This document shows positions 1 through 8,849 of a stretch of 32,000 bases of DNA, piece by piece. The translations under genes and the position numbers were made by a program. The DNA comes from Methanocaldococcus jannaschii DSM 2661 (GTDB lineage Archaea; AGJL01; Methanococci; Methanococcales; Methanocaldococcaceae). How positions within the stretch are numbered: the stretch's first letter is position 1; every line of letters starts with the position of its first letter. The stretch spans positions 259,995 to 291,994 of the forward strand of contig NC_000909.1 in the NCBI RefSeq assembly GCF_000091665.1. Direction: 5' to 3'. The notes under the pieces are model-generated. The model did no database searches, had not been told where the DNA came from, and saw nothing but the letters and a program-made list of their open reading frames with translations.

Positions 1-381
1 TGCTTTATATTTACTCTCATCTTCTATCTTTCCTCCAATCATTGAAGAGCCATATTTTGTCGCTGCTGGCCCCCCCAAAATTTTTAAGCCATCATATTTA
101 TATAATATAGAAACAAACTCCTTTAATGTTGCAGGATTTGCATTTAAATATTTTCCAGGTGTGTGAAATCCACAAATACAAATTATTGCATCGTATTTAT
201 TTAAATTAAAATCTCCTCTAATTTCTCTAAATTTATCGATAGTTATATAATCCACTTTAACGTTATATTTATCTAAGGCACCATAAGCATATCTTGGGTA
301 AATGCCTATATAAGGGGGCACCCCCAAACCAGCGGGTTCGTCAGTATAACCATCTAATATTAAAGCTCTCCCTATCATCAT
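1..381 (-). CDS. Conserved archaeal protein, N-terminal 127 codons only (ORF runs off the left edge); tentatively a B12-binding-like/radical-SAM-family N-domain
   Basis: Own minus-strand translation from ATG at 381 (or 378): MMIGRALILDGYTDEPAGLGVPPYIGIYPRYAYGALDKYNVKVDYITIDKFREIRGDFNLNKYDAIICICGFHTPGKYLNANPATLKEF... It stays open to base 1. It is absent from the track, probably because it has no in-window stop. The family guess is from memory and weak. Confidence 0.6.
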   Translation of the reverse strand, partial: MMIGRALILDGYTDEPAGLGVPPYIGIYPRYAYGALDKYNVKVDYITIDKFREIRGDFNLNKYDAIICICGFHTPGKYLNANPATLKEFVSILYKYDGLKILGGPAATKYGSSMIGGKIEDESKYKA

Positions 382-394
382 AATAATCACCAAA

Positions 395-461
395 AAATCG
401 CCAATGATGACGATTGGCTTTGCTGAGTCTGTGATGAACCGTATGAGCACTGAGGCGATTT
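395..461 (+). ncRNA. Box C/D sRNA (2'-O-methylation guide), double guide
   Basis: C box aTGATGA 404-410; 12-nt guide CGATTGGCTTTG 411-422; D' box CTGA 423-426; 4-nt linker; C' box gTGATGA 431-437; 12-nt guide ACCGTATGAGCA 438-449; D box CTGA 450-453. An 8-bp terminal stem AAATCGCC (395-402) / GGCGATTT (454-461) encloses it. Spacing is the canonical archaeal 12-nt architecture. A TATA-like TAATATTAAAG lies at 355-365. Confidence 0.85.
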
Positions 462-515
462 ATAGTTTAAATTGAACAAAAATTAGAAAATTAAAATTAA
501 AAATAAAATGAAAAT

Positions 516-1124
516 TTATTCCTCAAATAAACTAAATACATATTTTGTCCAATTCATCCACAAATCATTAGCTTTTCTACTTTTCTCATAAGTTTGCATA
601 ATTATATAGTAATTACCAACTTTTCTATAATAGCAGTAACTAATTGATAAATTGGCATTTTTTGGAATGAACTCGTAATATATGTAGTTGCCAAAAATAT
701 CCCTTTCAGGATACTCTTTAACTTCATTATATATGTATGCATAGGAAAGGTCAATTGGCTTTCTGCTGACTACAAAGGTTATGTTTTTATATTTTTTTAT
801 TATTTTATCATCAAAGTCCGTCTCTTCATTATAAGGAAGATTTAAAAACATCTTGTCCATATCAACTGGCTTTGAAAAATCGTATTTTTTTGTAGTTTTT
901 GTTATATTATTTGTTCTATTTTCATCATTTGTAATATTTAACTTACAGGATTCTTCTTTTAAATTTTCTATTGGTTTATTGTTTTGGACTTTTATATTTT
1001 CTTTTTCAATGACTGTCATATTTGGTTTATTTACTTCCTCTTTTTCATTCTCAAAACATCCACAAATTGAAATAGTTAAAATTAAAGATAATATAAATAA
1101 AACAATTATTGATACTTTTTTCAT
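516..1124 (-). CDS. Secreted or lipoprotein-like hypothetical protein
   Basis: N-terminus [23 protein letters not shown] is a signal peptide with a lipobox-like Cys. The rest is Asn/Lys-rich with no recognisable domain. Start moved to the ATG at 1124 (SD GGGGT 5 nt upstream); the track start is a TTG. Confidence 0.6.
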
Positions 1125-1126
1125 AC

Positions 1127-1561
1127 TCAACCCCTTTTTCTTTCTTTATTTTCAATTTTCTCCCTTAAAATTTTTAAAAGTTCAGCATCTTTTTTAACCA
1201 CATATTCAATTTGGGGTCTATATTTAAAAAGCCCGGGGGTTTCCCAATTAAATGTCTCTTCCCTTTTACCTTTAAGATTTATTTGTATTGAATTTAAAGA
1301 TACAAAAAACTCTATTACCTCATCCCAACTATAAAACTCATTATCTACTTTTATCCCATTATCTAAAACAACTAATTTCTTGGGTTTTAAAAAGATATAG
1401 GCAAAAAGTGCAATAATTAATATATCAACAGCTAATATAATAGAAAAAGAAAGCTTAAGACTATGAAGAATAATTGAAATATATAAAATAACAATAATGC
1501 TCATAGAAAATATTACTGCCCCAACAATCTTATAAGCATTATAAACTCTATAAACCCTCAT
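1127..1561 (-). CDS. Small membrane protein, two predicted TM helices, unknown function
   Basis: Hydrophobic stretches [21 protein letters not shown] and [19 protein letters not shown]. It abuts the downstream gene, suggesting co-transcription. Start uncertain (1561 ATG versus the 1573 alternative codon). Confidence 0.5.
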
Positions 1562-1633
1562 GATACCACACAAAAAGAAAAAAATATTAGTATATCTATG
1601 AGTTATTCCATATTAAAATATTTCTATCGAGTG

Positions 1634-2734
1634 TTATCCTAAAACAGCCCTCTCCAACTCTTCTGGTCTATGTAACTCTCCTCCAATTTTATCCACTAAA
1701 ATAACCTCTTCTGCTTTTTTGCAAACTCTCTCAACCTCATAATATATCTGTCCTAAATTCATCTCTGGAACTACAACTTTCTTAGCCTTCAACTTTTTTA
1801 ATAAATCATCTGGGAATGGATAAACAGTTATCAACCTTATATATCCAACATCCAAACCTTTTTCTCTCAAATTTCTAACAGCATGTTTTACAGTTCTTGA
1901 AGGAGAACCATAACAAACAAATACTATTTCTGCATCTAAGTTCTCTCCTTCCCATTTAATTATCTCATCTTTATTTTTTCTTATTTTATTCACTATTCTC
2001 CTAACTAACTTATCATGAGTTTCTGGTGAAACATCTGGGTAGCCTCTCTCATCATGAGTTAAACCAGTTATATGCACATTATAGCCCTCTCCAAATACTG
2101 GCATCTCTGGGATTAATTTATCAAAAGGATATGGCTTTTTACATGGCTTTTCTTCTGGCTTTTTTCTATTAATTATCTCAATATTATCATGCAAAATTAC
2201 TTTTTCTCTCATATGCCCAACTATCTCATCAGCCATTACAAAAACAGGAATTCTGTATTTTTCAGCATAGTTAAAAGCCATTATTGTGAAATCATACATC
2301 TCTTGGACAGAGCTTGGAGCTAAGGCAATAACTTCATAATCTCCATGGCTTCCCCATCTACACTGCATCATATCTCCCTGGGAAGCCATGGTTGGCTGTC
2401 CTGTGGAAGGGCCGCCTCTTTGAATATCCACAACTACACAGGGAGTTTCTGTCATGTATGCAAATCCTATATTCTCCTGCATTAAACTAAATCCAGGGCC
2501 TGAAGTAGCTGTCATTGCCTTTAATCCTCCCCAACTTGCTCCAATAACTGCTGCTATACTTCCAATCTCATCTTCCATTTGTATATAATATCCTCCAACC
2601 TTTGGTAATTCTCTCGCCATTGCCTCGGCTATCTCTGTGGATGGAGTTATTGGATAGCCAGCGAAAAACCTACATCCAGCTTTTATAGCTCCCTTTGCAC
2701 ATGCCTGATTTCCCTGCATAAACTCAACTTTCAT
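1634..2734 (-). CDS. korA: 2-oxoacid:ferredoxin oxidoreductase alpha subunit (KorA-like)
   Basis: MKVEFMQGNQACAKGAIKAGCRFFAGYPITPSTEI, TSGPGFSLM and RGGPSTGQPT are typical of the KorA/PorA/VorA alpha subunits. SD GGAGGGGG lies upstream. 2-oxoglutarate specificity is recalled from the M. jannaschii annotation, not shown by the sequence. Confidence 0.85.
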   Translation of the reverse strand: MKVEFMQGNQACAKGAIKAGCRFFAGYPITPSTEIAEAMARELPKVGGYYIQMEDEIGSIAAVIGASWGGLKAMTATSGPGFSLMQENIGFAYMTETPCVVVDIQRGGPSTGQPTMASQGDMMQCRWGSHGDYEVIALAPSSVQEMYDFTIMAFNYAEKYRIPVFVMADEIVGHMREKVILHDNIEIINRKKPEEKPCKKPYPFDKLIPEMPVFGEGYNVHITGLTHDERGYPDVSPETHDKLVRRIVNKIRKNKDEIIKWEGENLDAEIVFVCYGSPSRTVKHAVRNLREKGLDVGYIRLITVYPFPDDLLKKLKAKKVVVPEMNLGQIYYEVERVCKKAEEVILVDKIGGELHRPEELERAVLG

Positions 2735-2853
2735 TAAACCCCCTCCTTCTAAGCTACTTTTATATAATATAACCTTGTGTTAATATTTAACGACTATAAT
2801 ATAATAGAGAAGAAAATAACAATTTAAAAAAATAGAAGCATGGGCTAATTTAT

Positions 2854-4629
2854 CTAAAACTCTTTAACTGCTGCCATATCTCTTATTTTCTTAATTTCAT
2901 CGAACTGTGGTTTTTTTATTTTTGGTTCTACCCTAATTGGCTGGACAATATTGGTTAATCTCCCACCTGGAGGAACCATTGGCAGAGCTTCAGCAGGGTC
3001 TATAACAATATCTAAGAGGTATGGCTCATTACTTAATATTGCTTCTTTCAACTTCTCTTTAATTTCATCTGGGCTTATTATTCTATCAGCTTTAACTCCA
3101 TAACTTTCAGCTAATTTAACAAAGTCAGGACTCTCTCCCAAATGAACTTCACTCTGCCTCTGCCCATAGTATAGGTTTTGCCATTGATAGACCATTCCCA
3201 AAGTTCTGTTGTCAAAAATACAGATAACAACAGGAATATCATATTCGCTAATTGTTGCCAACTCCTGAGAGTTCATCAAAAATCCTCCATCTCCAGTAAT
3301 AGAGATAACATTAGCATAAGGTTTAGCTACCTTTGCCCCAATTGCAGCAGGGAAACCAAAACCCATAGTTCCTAAACCACCAGAAGCTAAAAAGCTTCTT
3401 GGCATCTTTGTTTTAAAGAAGTGTGCCATCCACATCTGATTTTGTCCAACATCTGTTGTTATAATTGTGTTTTTTAATTTTGAGTCAATCTCATTCAAAA
3501 CTTCCATTAAATCCTTAACAAACCTTTGTGGCTTTATTGGCTTATCATCAAAGTCCATCATTGGGATAGATAATTTTTTTAATTCATAAATTCTTTCAAG
3601 CCATGTTTCTTTGTCTTTAATTTCTAATGCTATTAATGCAGCTAACAAATCTCTCAAAACATTTTTTGCATCTCCAACTATTGGAATATCAGCTCTAACA
3701 TTTTTTCCTATCTCAGCTGGGTCTATATCTATATGAATAATCTTTGCCTCTGGAGCAAAGTATCTGATATCCCCAGTAACCCTATCTGAAAATCTACATC
3801 CAATAGCTATGAGAACATCACACTCCGTAACTGCGTAATTTGCAGCTTTAGTTCCATGCATTCCAACCATTCCTAAAGCTAAAGGATGGTCTTCTGGGAA
3901 ACAACCCTTACCCATTAAGGTTGTGCATACTGGAATTTTAACAAACTCAGCTAATCTCAATAACTCTTCTGAAGCTCCACTAATTATAACTCCTCCACCA
4001 GCTAAGATTACAGGTCTCTCAGATTCAGCTATCAATTTAGCAGCTTTCTTTATCTGTAGAGGATGCCCTACAGTTTTTGGTTTATAACCTGGCAAATCAA
4101 CCTTTGCAGGAATTGGGTATTTTTCAATATCTATTTCTCCATCTTGCACATCCTTTGGGAGGTCTATATGAACCGGTCCTGGTCTTCCAGTTGTGGCAAT
4201 TTCAAAAGCGGCTCTAAACGTCTCTGGAATCTCTTCTGGTTTTTTTATTTGGAAATTGTGTTTTGTTATTGGCATGAATAATCCAAGAGCGTCAATCTCC
4301 TGAAATGCATCGTTTCCAATAAGTTTTGTTGGGACTTGCCCTGTTAAAGCAATAACTGGAGAAGAATCTGCATAAGCGGTTGCTATCCCAGTAACTAAGT
4401 TTGTAGCTCCAGGGCCAGAGGTAGAGACGCAAACCCCAGCCTCTCCACTTGCTCTCGCAAATCCATCTGCTGCATGTGCTGCTGCCTGTTCATGCCTTGT
4501 TAATATATGAACTAAATCGCTATCATACAACGCATCATAAAAAGGAAGCATAGCTCCTCCTGGATAACCAAATATAATCTTAACTCCCTCCGCTTCCAAT
4601 GCTTTTATGATTGCTTCAGCACCTTTCAT
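2854..4629 (-). CDS. ilvB: Acetolactate synthase large (catalytic) subunit, TPP-dependent
   Basis: 591 aa. Motifs: GYPGGAMLPFYDAL, GPGATNLVTG, and the TPP motif ITGDGGFLMN...NN-type region. SD GGTGAT lies 4 nt before the ATG. Confidence 0.9.
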   Translation of the reverse strand: MKGAEAIIKALEAEGVKIIFGYPGGAMLPFYDALYDSDLVHILTRHEQAAAHAADGFARASGEAGVCVSTSGPGATNLVTGIATAYADSSPVIALTGQVPTKLIGNDAFQEIDALGLFMPITKHNFQIKKPEEIPETFRAAFEIATTGRPGPVHIDLPKDVQDGEIDIEKYPIPAKVDLPGYKPKTVGHPLQIKKAAKLIAESERPVILAGGGVIISGASEELLRLAEFVKIPVCTTLMGKGCFPEDHPLALGMVGMHGTKAANYAVTECDVLIAIGCRFSDRVTGDIRYFAPEAKIIHIDIDPAEIGKNVRADIPIVGDAKNVLRDLLAALIALEIKDKETWLERIYELKKLSIPMMDFDDKPIKPQRFVKDLMEVLNEIDSKLKNTIITTDVGQNQMWMAHFFKTKMPRSFLASGGLGTMGFGFPAAIGAKVAKPYANVISITGDGGFLMNSQELATISEYDIPVVICIFDNRTLGMVYQWQNLYYGQRQSEVHLGESPDFVKLAESYGVKADRIISPDEIKEKLKEAILSNEPYLLDIVIDPAEALPMVPPGGRLTNIVQPIRVEPKIKKPQFDEIKKIRDMAAVKEF

Positions 4630-4812
4630 CCAATCACCAAAAAATGTTAAGGGTAAAGTAATGATAAAATTGAAATCATATATAAAAATTTTTATACTAA
4701 GGATTTAGCATTTGAAGAACTTTAAAAAGTTTGATATAAAAAAGTGTTGGTATTTAATATTTAATTACTAATCTTAAAGACTAAAAATAAAAAATAGAAT
4801 TAAAGAAAGAAA

Positions 4813-5286
4813 TTATTCTGACTCAGCTGGCTGGACATCTCTTACTTTTATTGTGAATTTTAATTCTTTTCCAGCAAGCTCGTGGTTAAAGTCTAAAGTT
4901 ACAGTATCATCAGTAACTTTTATTATCTTTGCAGGAATTCCACTGGCTAAGATTAACATTCCCTCCTGTGGTTCAAAGTCAGCATCAGCAAACATTTCCT
5001 TAGGTATTTCTTGGATTAATCTCTCATCTCTAAGTCCATAACCTTTTTCAGGAGGAATTGTTACAGTTTTTTCTTCTCCAACTTCCATGCCTATAACAGC
5101 CTCTTCAAAACCTTCGATTAATTCTCCATTACCTACAATAAATCCAATTGGCTCATATTCTCTTTCAGGATAGTATATTTTATTTTCTTTAGCTACTTCT
5201 TCAATTGATGTGTCAATAACTTTTCCATCTACTTCTAATATATAATCTACTTTGACATAGTCACCTTTTTTAATCAAGTTAATCAA
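4813..5286 (-). CDS. FKBP-type peptidyl-prolyl cis-trans isomerase (short, SlyD-like, with IF insert)
   Basis: 157 aa. FKBP core [24 protein letters not shown], and a C-terminal strand [15 protein letters not shown] start after AGGAG. I recall it as the M. jannaschii 18-kDa FKBP. Confidence 0.9.
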   Translation of the reverse strand: MINLIKKGDYVKVDYILEVDGKVIDTSIEEVAKENKIYYPEREYEPIGFIVGNGELIEGFEEAVIGMEVGEEKTVTIPPEKGYGLRDERLIQEIPKEMFADADFEPQEGMLILASGIPAKIIKVTDDTVTLDFNHELAGKELKFTIKVRDVQPAESE

Positions 5287-5380
5287 CTCCTAACCTTTCC
5301 AAATACTTTTTGTGAAGGGTATATAAATAGTTTTTTGTTATTATTTTTTATGGACAAAAGCGTCATATTTGGGGGTTTTT

Positions 5381-6220
5381 ATGGAGAAGTTAAAAACGTA
5401 TTTGGAGCTTATTAGAGTCAAAAACTGCATAACTGCATCTATTGGTGGGATTATAGGTTATTTAATATCATCAAACTTTGAGATTGATATTTTAAAATCT
5501 CTTTTAGTATTTTTTGTTGTATTTTTTGTTTGTGCTTATGGAAATGTAATAAATGATATTTTTGATATTGAGATAGATAGAATAAACAAGCCATCCCGTC
5601 CTTTACCATCAGGAAAAATTAAATTAAATGAGGCAAAAAAATTTTCAGCCATTCTATTAATTTTGGGATTAGTTCTCTCATTATTCATAAATATATATGC
5701 ATTGATTATTGCTGTAATTAATGCACTTTTCCTCTATCTATATGCAAAAAAATACAAAAAATATAAACCAATTGGGAATTTTATTATTGGTTATTTAACT
5801 GGTTCTGTATTTCTATTTGGTGGAGTTGCTGGAAAAAACGTTATGCCAGTAGTTATTTTGTTTTTATGCTCTTTGCTTTCAATTTGGGGTAGGGAGATTG
5901 TTAAGGACTTTGAGGACATGGAAGGGGATAAAAAAGAAGGCGTTATTTCACTACCAATAAAGTATGGTAAAAAATCTTTATATTTTGCTACATTTTTGGT
6001 TGTTTTAGCGGTTATATTAAGCCCTCTTCCATACATTTTAAAAATATTTGGGATATGGTATCTAATTTTGATAGCAATATGTGATATTTTGTTTATCTAT
6101 GCTATGGCTTTATTGTTAAAAGAGCCAAATAAAGAAACTGCTTCAAAGGTTTCAAAATTCTTAAAAATCATAATGAACATTGTTCTTTTGGCATTTATTG
6201 TTGGAGCCATAAAACTATAG
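5381..6220 (+). CDS. UbiA-family prenyltransferase, probably digeranylgeranylglyceryl phosphate synthase
   Basis: Asp-rich motifs NDIFDIEIDRINKPSRPLPSG and KDFEDMEGDKKEG, with about 8 hydrophobic helices. Start moved to the ATG at 5381 (GGGGG SD at 5371-5375); the track start is a TTG. Confidence 0.8.
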   Translation: MEKLKTYLELIRVKNCITASIGGIIGYLISSNFEIDILKSLLVFFVVFFVCAYGNVINDIFDIEIDRINKPSRPLPSGKIKLNEAKKFSAILLILGLVLSLFINIYALIIAVINALFLYLYAKKYKKYKPIGNFIIGYLTGSVFLFGGVAGKNVMPVVILFLCSLLSIWGREIVKDFEDMEGDKKEGVISLPIKYGKKSLYFATFLVVLAVILSPLPYILKIFGIWYLILIAICDILFIYAMALLLKEPNKETASKVSKFLKIIMNIVLLAFIVGAIKL

Positions 6221-6323
6221 TCACTCATCAAAAGCAAAATATTTTTAACCAATACATAAATATAAAACCCCAAGGGTTTTATAAATACCCAATGACTTCC
6301 AAAATTTTTGATGATTGACTATA
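6216..6323. repeat. 108-bp element: 18-bp terminal inverted repeats (1 mismatch) enclosing a perfect 10-bp/3-nt-loop hairpin
   Basis: TATAGTCACTCATCAAAA (6216-6233) against TTTTGATGATTGACTATA (6306-6323), 17/18 complementary. The inner hairpin is TATAAAACCC-caa-GGGTTTTATA (6261-6283). The left arm contains the stop codon of the prenyltransferase gene. Confidence 0.8.
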
Positions 6324-6377
6324 AAAATATCAAGAGATAATAAAAATAGAAATCAAATATAAAACTTTGGTGAAAGG

Positions 6378-6764
6378 ATGTTTCCAGGAAAAGTAAATCC
6401 AAGGATGTTAAAGAAAATGCAGAAGATGATGAAAGATTTTGGTATGGAAACTGAAGATTTAGATGTCAGAAAGGTAATATTTGTATTTGATGATGAGGAA
6501 TGGGTATTTGAAGAACCAAAAGTTCAAGTTATGGACATATTAGGAGTTAAAACCTACTCAATAACAGGAAAACCAAAGAAGATTAAAAAAGAAAAAGTAG
6601 AAGAGGAAGAAGAAGTTAAGGTTGAGATAACAGAAGAGGATGTTGAGTTGGTAGCTAAGCAGTGCAACGTTTCAAAGGAAGAAGCAAGAAAGGCATTAGA
6701 GGAGTGTAATGGAGACATTGCTGAAGCAATATTAAAATTAGAAGAAGAAAAAGAAGAAAATTAA
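6378..6764 (+). CDS. nac: Nascent polypeptide-associated complex protein (archaeal NAC alpha homologue)
   Basis: NAC domain region (VRKVIFVFDDEEWVFEEPKVQVMDILG) followed by a C-terminal UBA-like helix bundle (EEDVELVAKQCNVSKEEARKALEECNGDIAEAIL). SD GGTGA upstream. Confidence 0.85.
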   Translation: MFPGKVNPRMLKKMQKMMKDFGMETEDLDVRKVIFVFDDEEWVFEEPKVQVMDILGVKTYSITGKPKKIKKEKVEEEEEVKVEITEEDVELVAKQCNVSKEEARKALEECNGDIAEAILKLEEEKEEN

Positions 6765-7288
6765 ATTGAAATATAAATTCCTCTATCCTGTAGCTTTTTT
6801 AAGCATTTTTTGCAATATCTCCAATCCTTTAAATCCACATCGATAATAGAATTTGAAAAACTCATAACACATCTCTTATTTTCGCAATGTATTAATCCCA
6901 AAACATGGCCTATTTCATGTATCGCCTCTTTTAAAGCCCTAATTTTTAAGACATCTTTATTTGGTGGCAACCCATAAAATTCAGGTCTTAATCTTGCCAG
7001 TGATATCAAAGCTCTTTTTCCAAATAACTCTGCCTCTCCAAACACAAAATTTAAATTGTCTGCGTATATATCTACCTCGGTAACACCTAAAACGATATCT
7101 TCAACTGTTGGTAGAGATTTTAAAATTAAGGTTGAATTAAATTGCCCTCTACTAAAATTATAAGCATAAATTGGAATATCAATTTTAGGAAGTATTTCAC
7201 ACATTCCAAAAACTTCCCCAAATTTTTTCTTTAAAAATTTTAAAATCTCATCATTAACATCTCCAACTGGTTGGATACAAATTCTCAT
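6761..7288 (-). CDS. amzA: Archaemetzincin (zinc metalloprotease)
   Basis: HEIGHVLGLIHCENKRCVMS...YCKKC matches the archaemetzincin signature HExxHxxGxxxCxxxxCxM...CxxC. Start moved to the ATG at 7288 (GGTGAT plus 4 nt); the track start lies inside the SD. Confidence 0.85.
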   Translation of the reverse strand: MRICIQPVGDVNDEILKFLKKKFGEVFGMCEILPKIDIPIYAYNFSRGQFNSTLILKSLPTVEDIVLGVTEVDIYADNLNFVFGEAELFGKRALISLARLRPEFYGLPPNKDVLKIRALKEAIHEIGHVLGLIHCENKRCVMSFSNSIIDVDLKDWRYCKKCLKKLQDRGIYISI

Positions 7289-7343
7289 AATCATCACCAA
7301 TAAAAAATAGTTAATTATGTATAGGACAACATTATAAATTTAA

Positions 7344-7793
7344 ATGAAAATGTTTCATAAAATTTATTTTGGTGATAGTGTGGTAAAGCTAACAGAGGAG
7401 ATGGTTAAATCCTTAGAAAATGAGATTGTATTTATAGCAACAGCTTCAAAGGATGGAGTTCCAAATGTAGCGGCAATGAGGGCAATTAAAGTCTTAGATG
7501 CTGAGAAAGGGATTGTTTTAATAGCAGATAACTTCATGAACAAAACCCTAAAAAATATCTTAGAAAATCCAAAAGTTGCTTTAACTACCGCAAATTGTAA
7601 AGACATGCCTTACCAATATAAAGGAACTGCTGAATACTACAAAGAAGGTGAATATTTAAAAATAGCTGAAGAGGTTGATAAAGCATTAAAACCAGATTTG
7701 AAACCAAAAGGAGCTGTTGTCATAAAAATAACTGAAATCTATAACTTAAAATCTGGGCCAGATGCTGGTAAGTTAATAGCTAAAGATGAATAA
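7344..7793 (+). CDS. Pyridoxamine-5'-phosphate-oxidase-like FMN-binding split-barrel protein
   Basis: IVFIATASKDGVPNVAAMRAIKVLD...IVLIADNFMNKTLKNILENPKVAL is the typical PNPOx-like fold pattern. Possibly leaderless (no SD, TATA-like TTAATTATGTATA about 25 nt upstream). Confidence 0.65.
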   Translation: MKMFHKIYFGDSVVKLTEEMVKSLENEIVFIATASKDGVPNVAAMRAIKVLDAEKGIVLIADNFMNKTLKNILENPKVALTTANCKDMPYQYKGTAEYYKEGEYLKIAEEVDKALKPDLKPKGAVVIKITEIYNLKSGPDAGKLIAKDE

Positions 7794-7931
7794 ATAACTC
7801 CTTAACTATTTTTCATCCTTTATATGGGGTGTAATTTTATATCACATGGAAATAGATAACTTTATATGCCCTCTTTTATTATTATTCATTGATTATTATT
7901 TTTACTCAAATGAGGGAAAATAGGTGAGACC

Positions 7932-8804
7932 ATGGCTGAGTGTGATGGAAAATGTGACACTTGTCCATCAAAAAATACCTGCCCAGATACAAAGAAACTC
8001 TTAGCCCAGCAAGATGCAAAAATTAGAGAAAATATGTCAAAAATAAAACATAAAATAGTTATTTTGAGTGGTAAAGGAGGGGTTGGGAAATCAACAGTAA
8101 CAGTTAATTTAGCTGCTGCTCTAAATTTAATGGGCAAAAAGGTTGGAGTTTTAGATGCGGATATTCACGGCCCTAACATTCCAAAGATGCTTGGGGTTGA
8201 GAACACCCAACCTATGGCAGGACCAGCTGGAATATTTCCAATAGTTACAAAAGATGGAATAAAAACCATGTCTATTGGATATCTATTACCAGATGACAAA
8301 ACTCCTGTTATTTGGAGGGGGCCAAAGGTTAGCGGAGCTATTAGGCAATTTCTATCAGATGTAGTTTGGGGAGAACTTGATTATTTATTAATAGATACTC
8401 CTCCAGGGACAGGAGATGAGCAATTAACTATCATGCAATCAATTCCAGATATTGATGGAGCTATAATTGTAACAACACCAGAAGAAGTTTCTGTCTTGGA
8501 TGTTAAAAAATCCATTATGATGGCTAAAATGCTAAACATCCCAATTATTGGAATTATTGAAAATATGAGCGGGTTTGTTTGCCCATACTGCAATAAAGTT
8601 GTGGATATATTTGGTAGAGGAGGGGGAGAAAAAGCTGCTAAAGAGCTTGGAGTTGAATTTTTAGGTAGAATTCCTTTAGATATTAAAGCAAGAGAAGCAA
8701 GTGATAAAGGAATTCCAATGGTTTTACTTGATTGTAAAGCAAGTGAAGAGTTTAAAAAGATTGTTAAAAGAATTGTTGAAAAGGTCGAAGGTAAAAAAGA
8801 ATAA
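7932..8804 (+). CDS. Mrp/NBP35/ApbC-family P-loop ATPase (Fe-S cluster carrier)
   Basis: Deviant Walker A SGKGGVGKST, a Walker B-like LLIDTPPGTGDE, a CPYC (CxxC) motif, and a Cys-rich N-terminus CDGKCDTCPSKNTC. Confidence 0.9.
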   Translation: MAECDGKCDTCPSKNTCPDTKKLLAQQDAKIRENMSKIKHKIVILSGKGGVGKSTVTVNLAAALNLMGKKVGVLDADIHGPNIPKMLGVENTQPMAGPAGIFPIVTKDGIKTMSIGYLLPDDKTPVIWRGPKVSGAIRQFLSDVVWGELDYLLIDTPPGTGDEQLTIMQSIPDIDGAIIVTTPEEVSVLDVKKSIMMAKMLNIPIIGIIENMSGFVCPYCNKVVDIFGRGGGEKAAKELGVEFLGRIPLDIKAREASDKGIPMVLLDCKASEEFKKIVKRIVEKVEGKKE

Positions 8805-8849
8805 AATTTCTCATTCAATATATTTTAAACATTCTGGGAAGTATTTTTT

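Noticed and set aside
8381-8818. 145-aa minus-strand ORF antisense to the Mrp/NBP35 gene. Similar shadow ORFs: 853-1197, 3178-3375, 4063-4281, 4853-5041, 5791-6036, 7364-7606, 7886-8137, 10877-11104, 11631-11819, 11976-12302, 12319-12501, 13258-13506, 15678-15881, 19088-19273, 19378-19560, 19439-19660, 19751-20008, 21756-22196, 22521-22781, 25026-25226, 25877-26062, 26527-26715, 28856-29080, 30695-30937, 31220-31462.
   Set aside because: All are embedded in, or antisense to, ORFs with clear family motifs. Their composition is low-complexity or hydrophobic, as expected for antisense frames of AT-rich genes, and they lack SD sequences.
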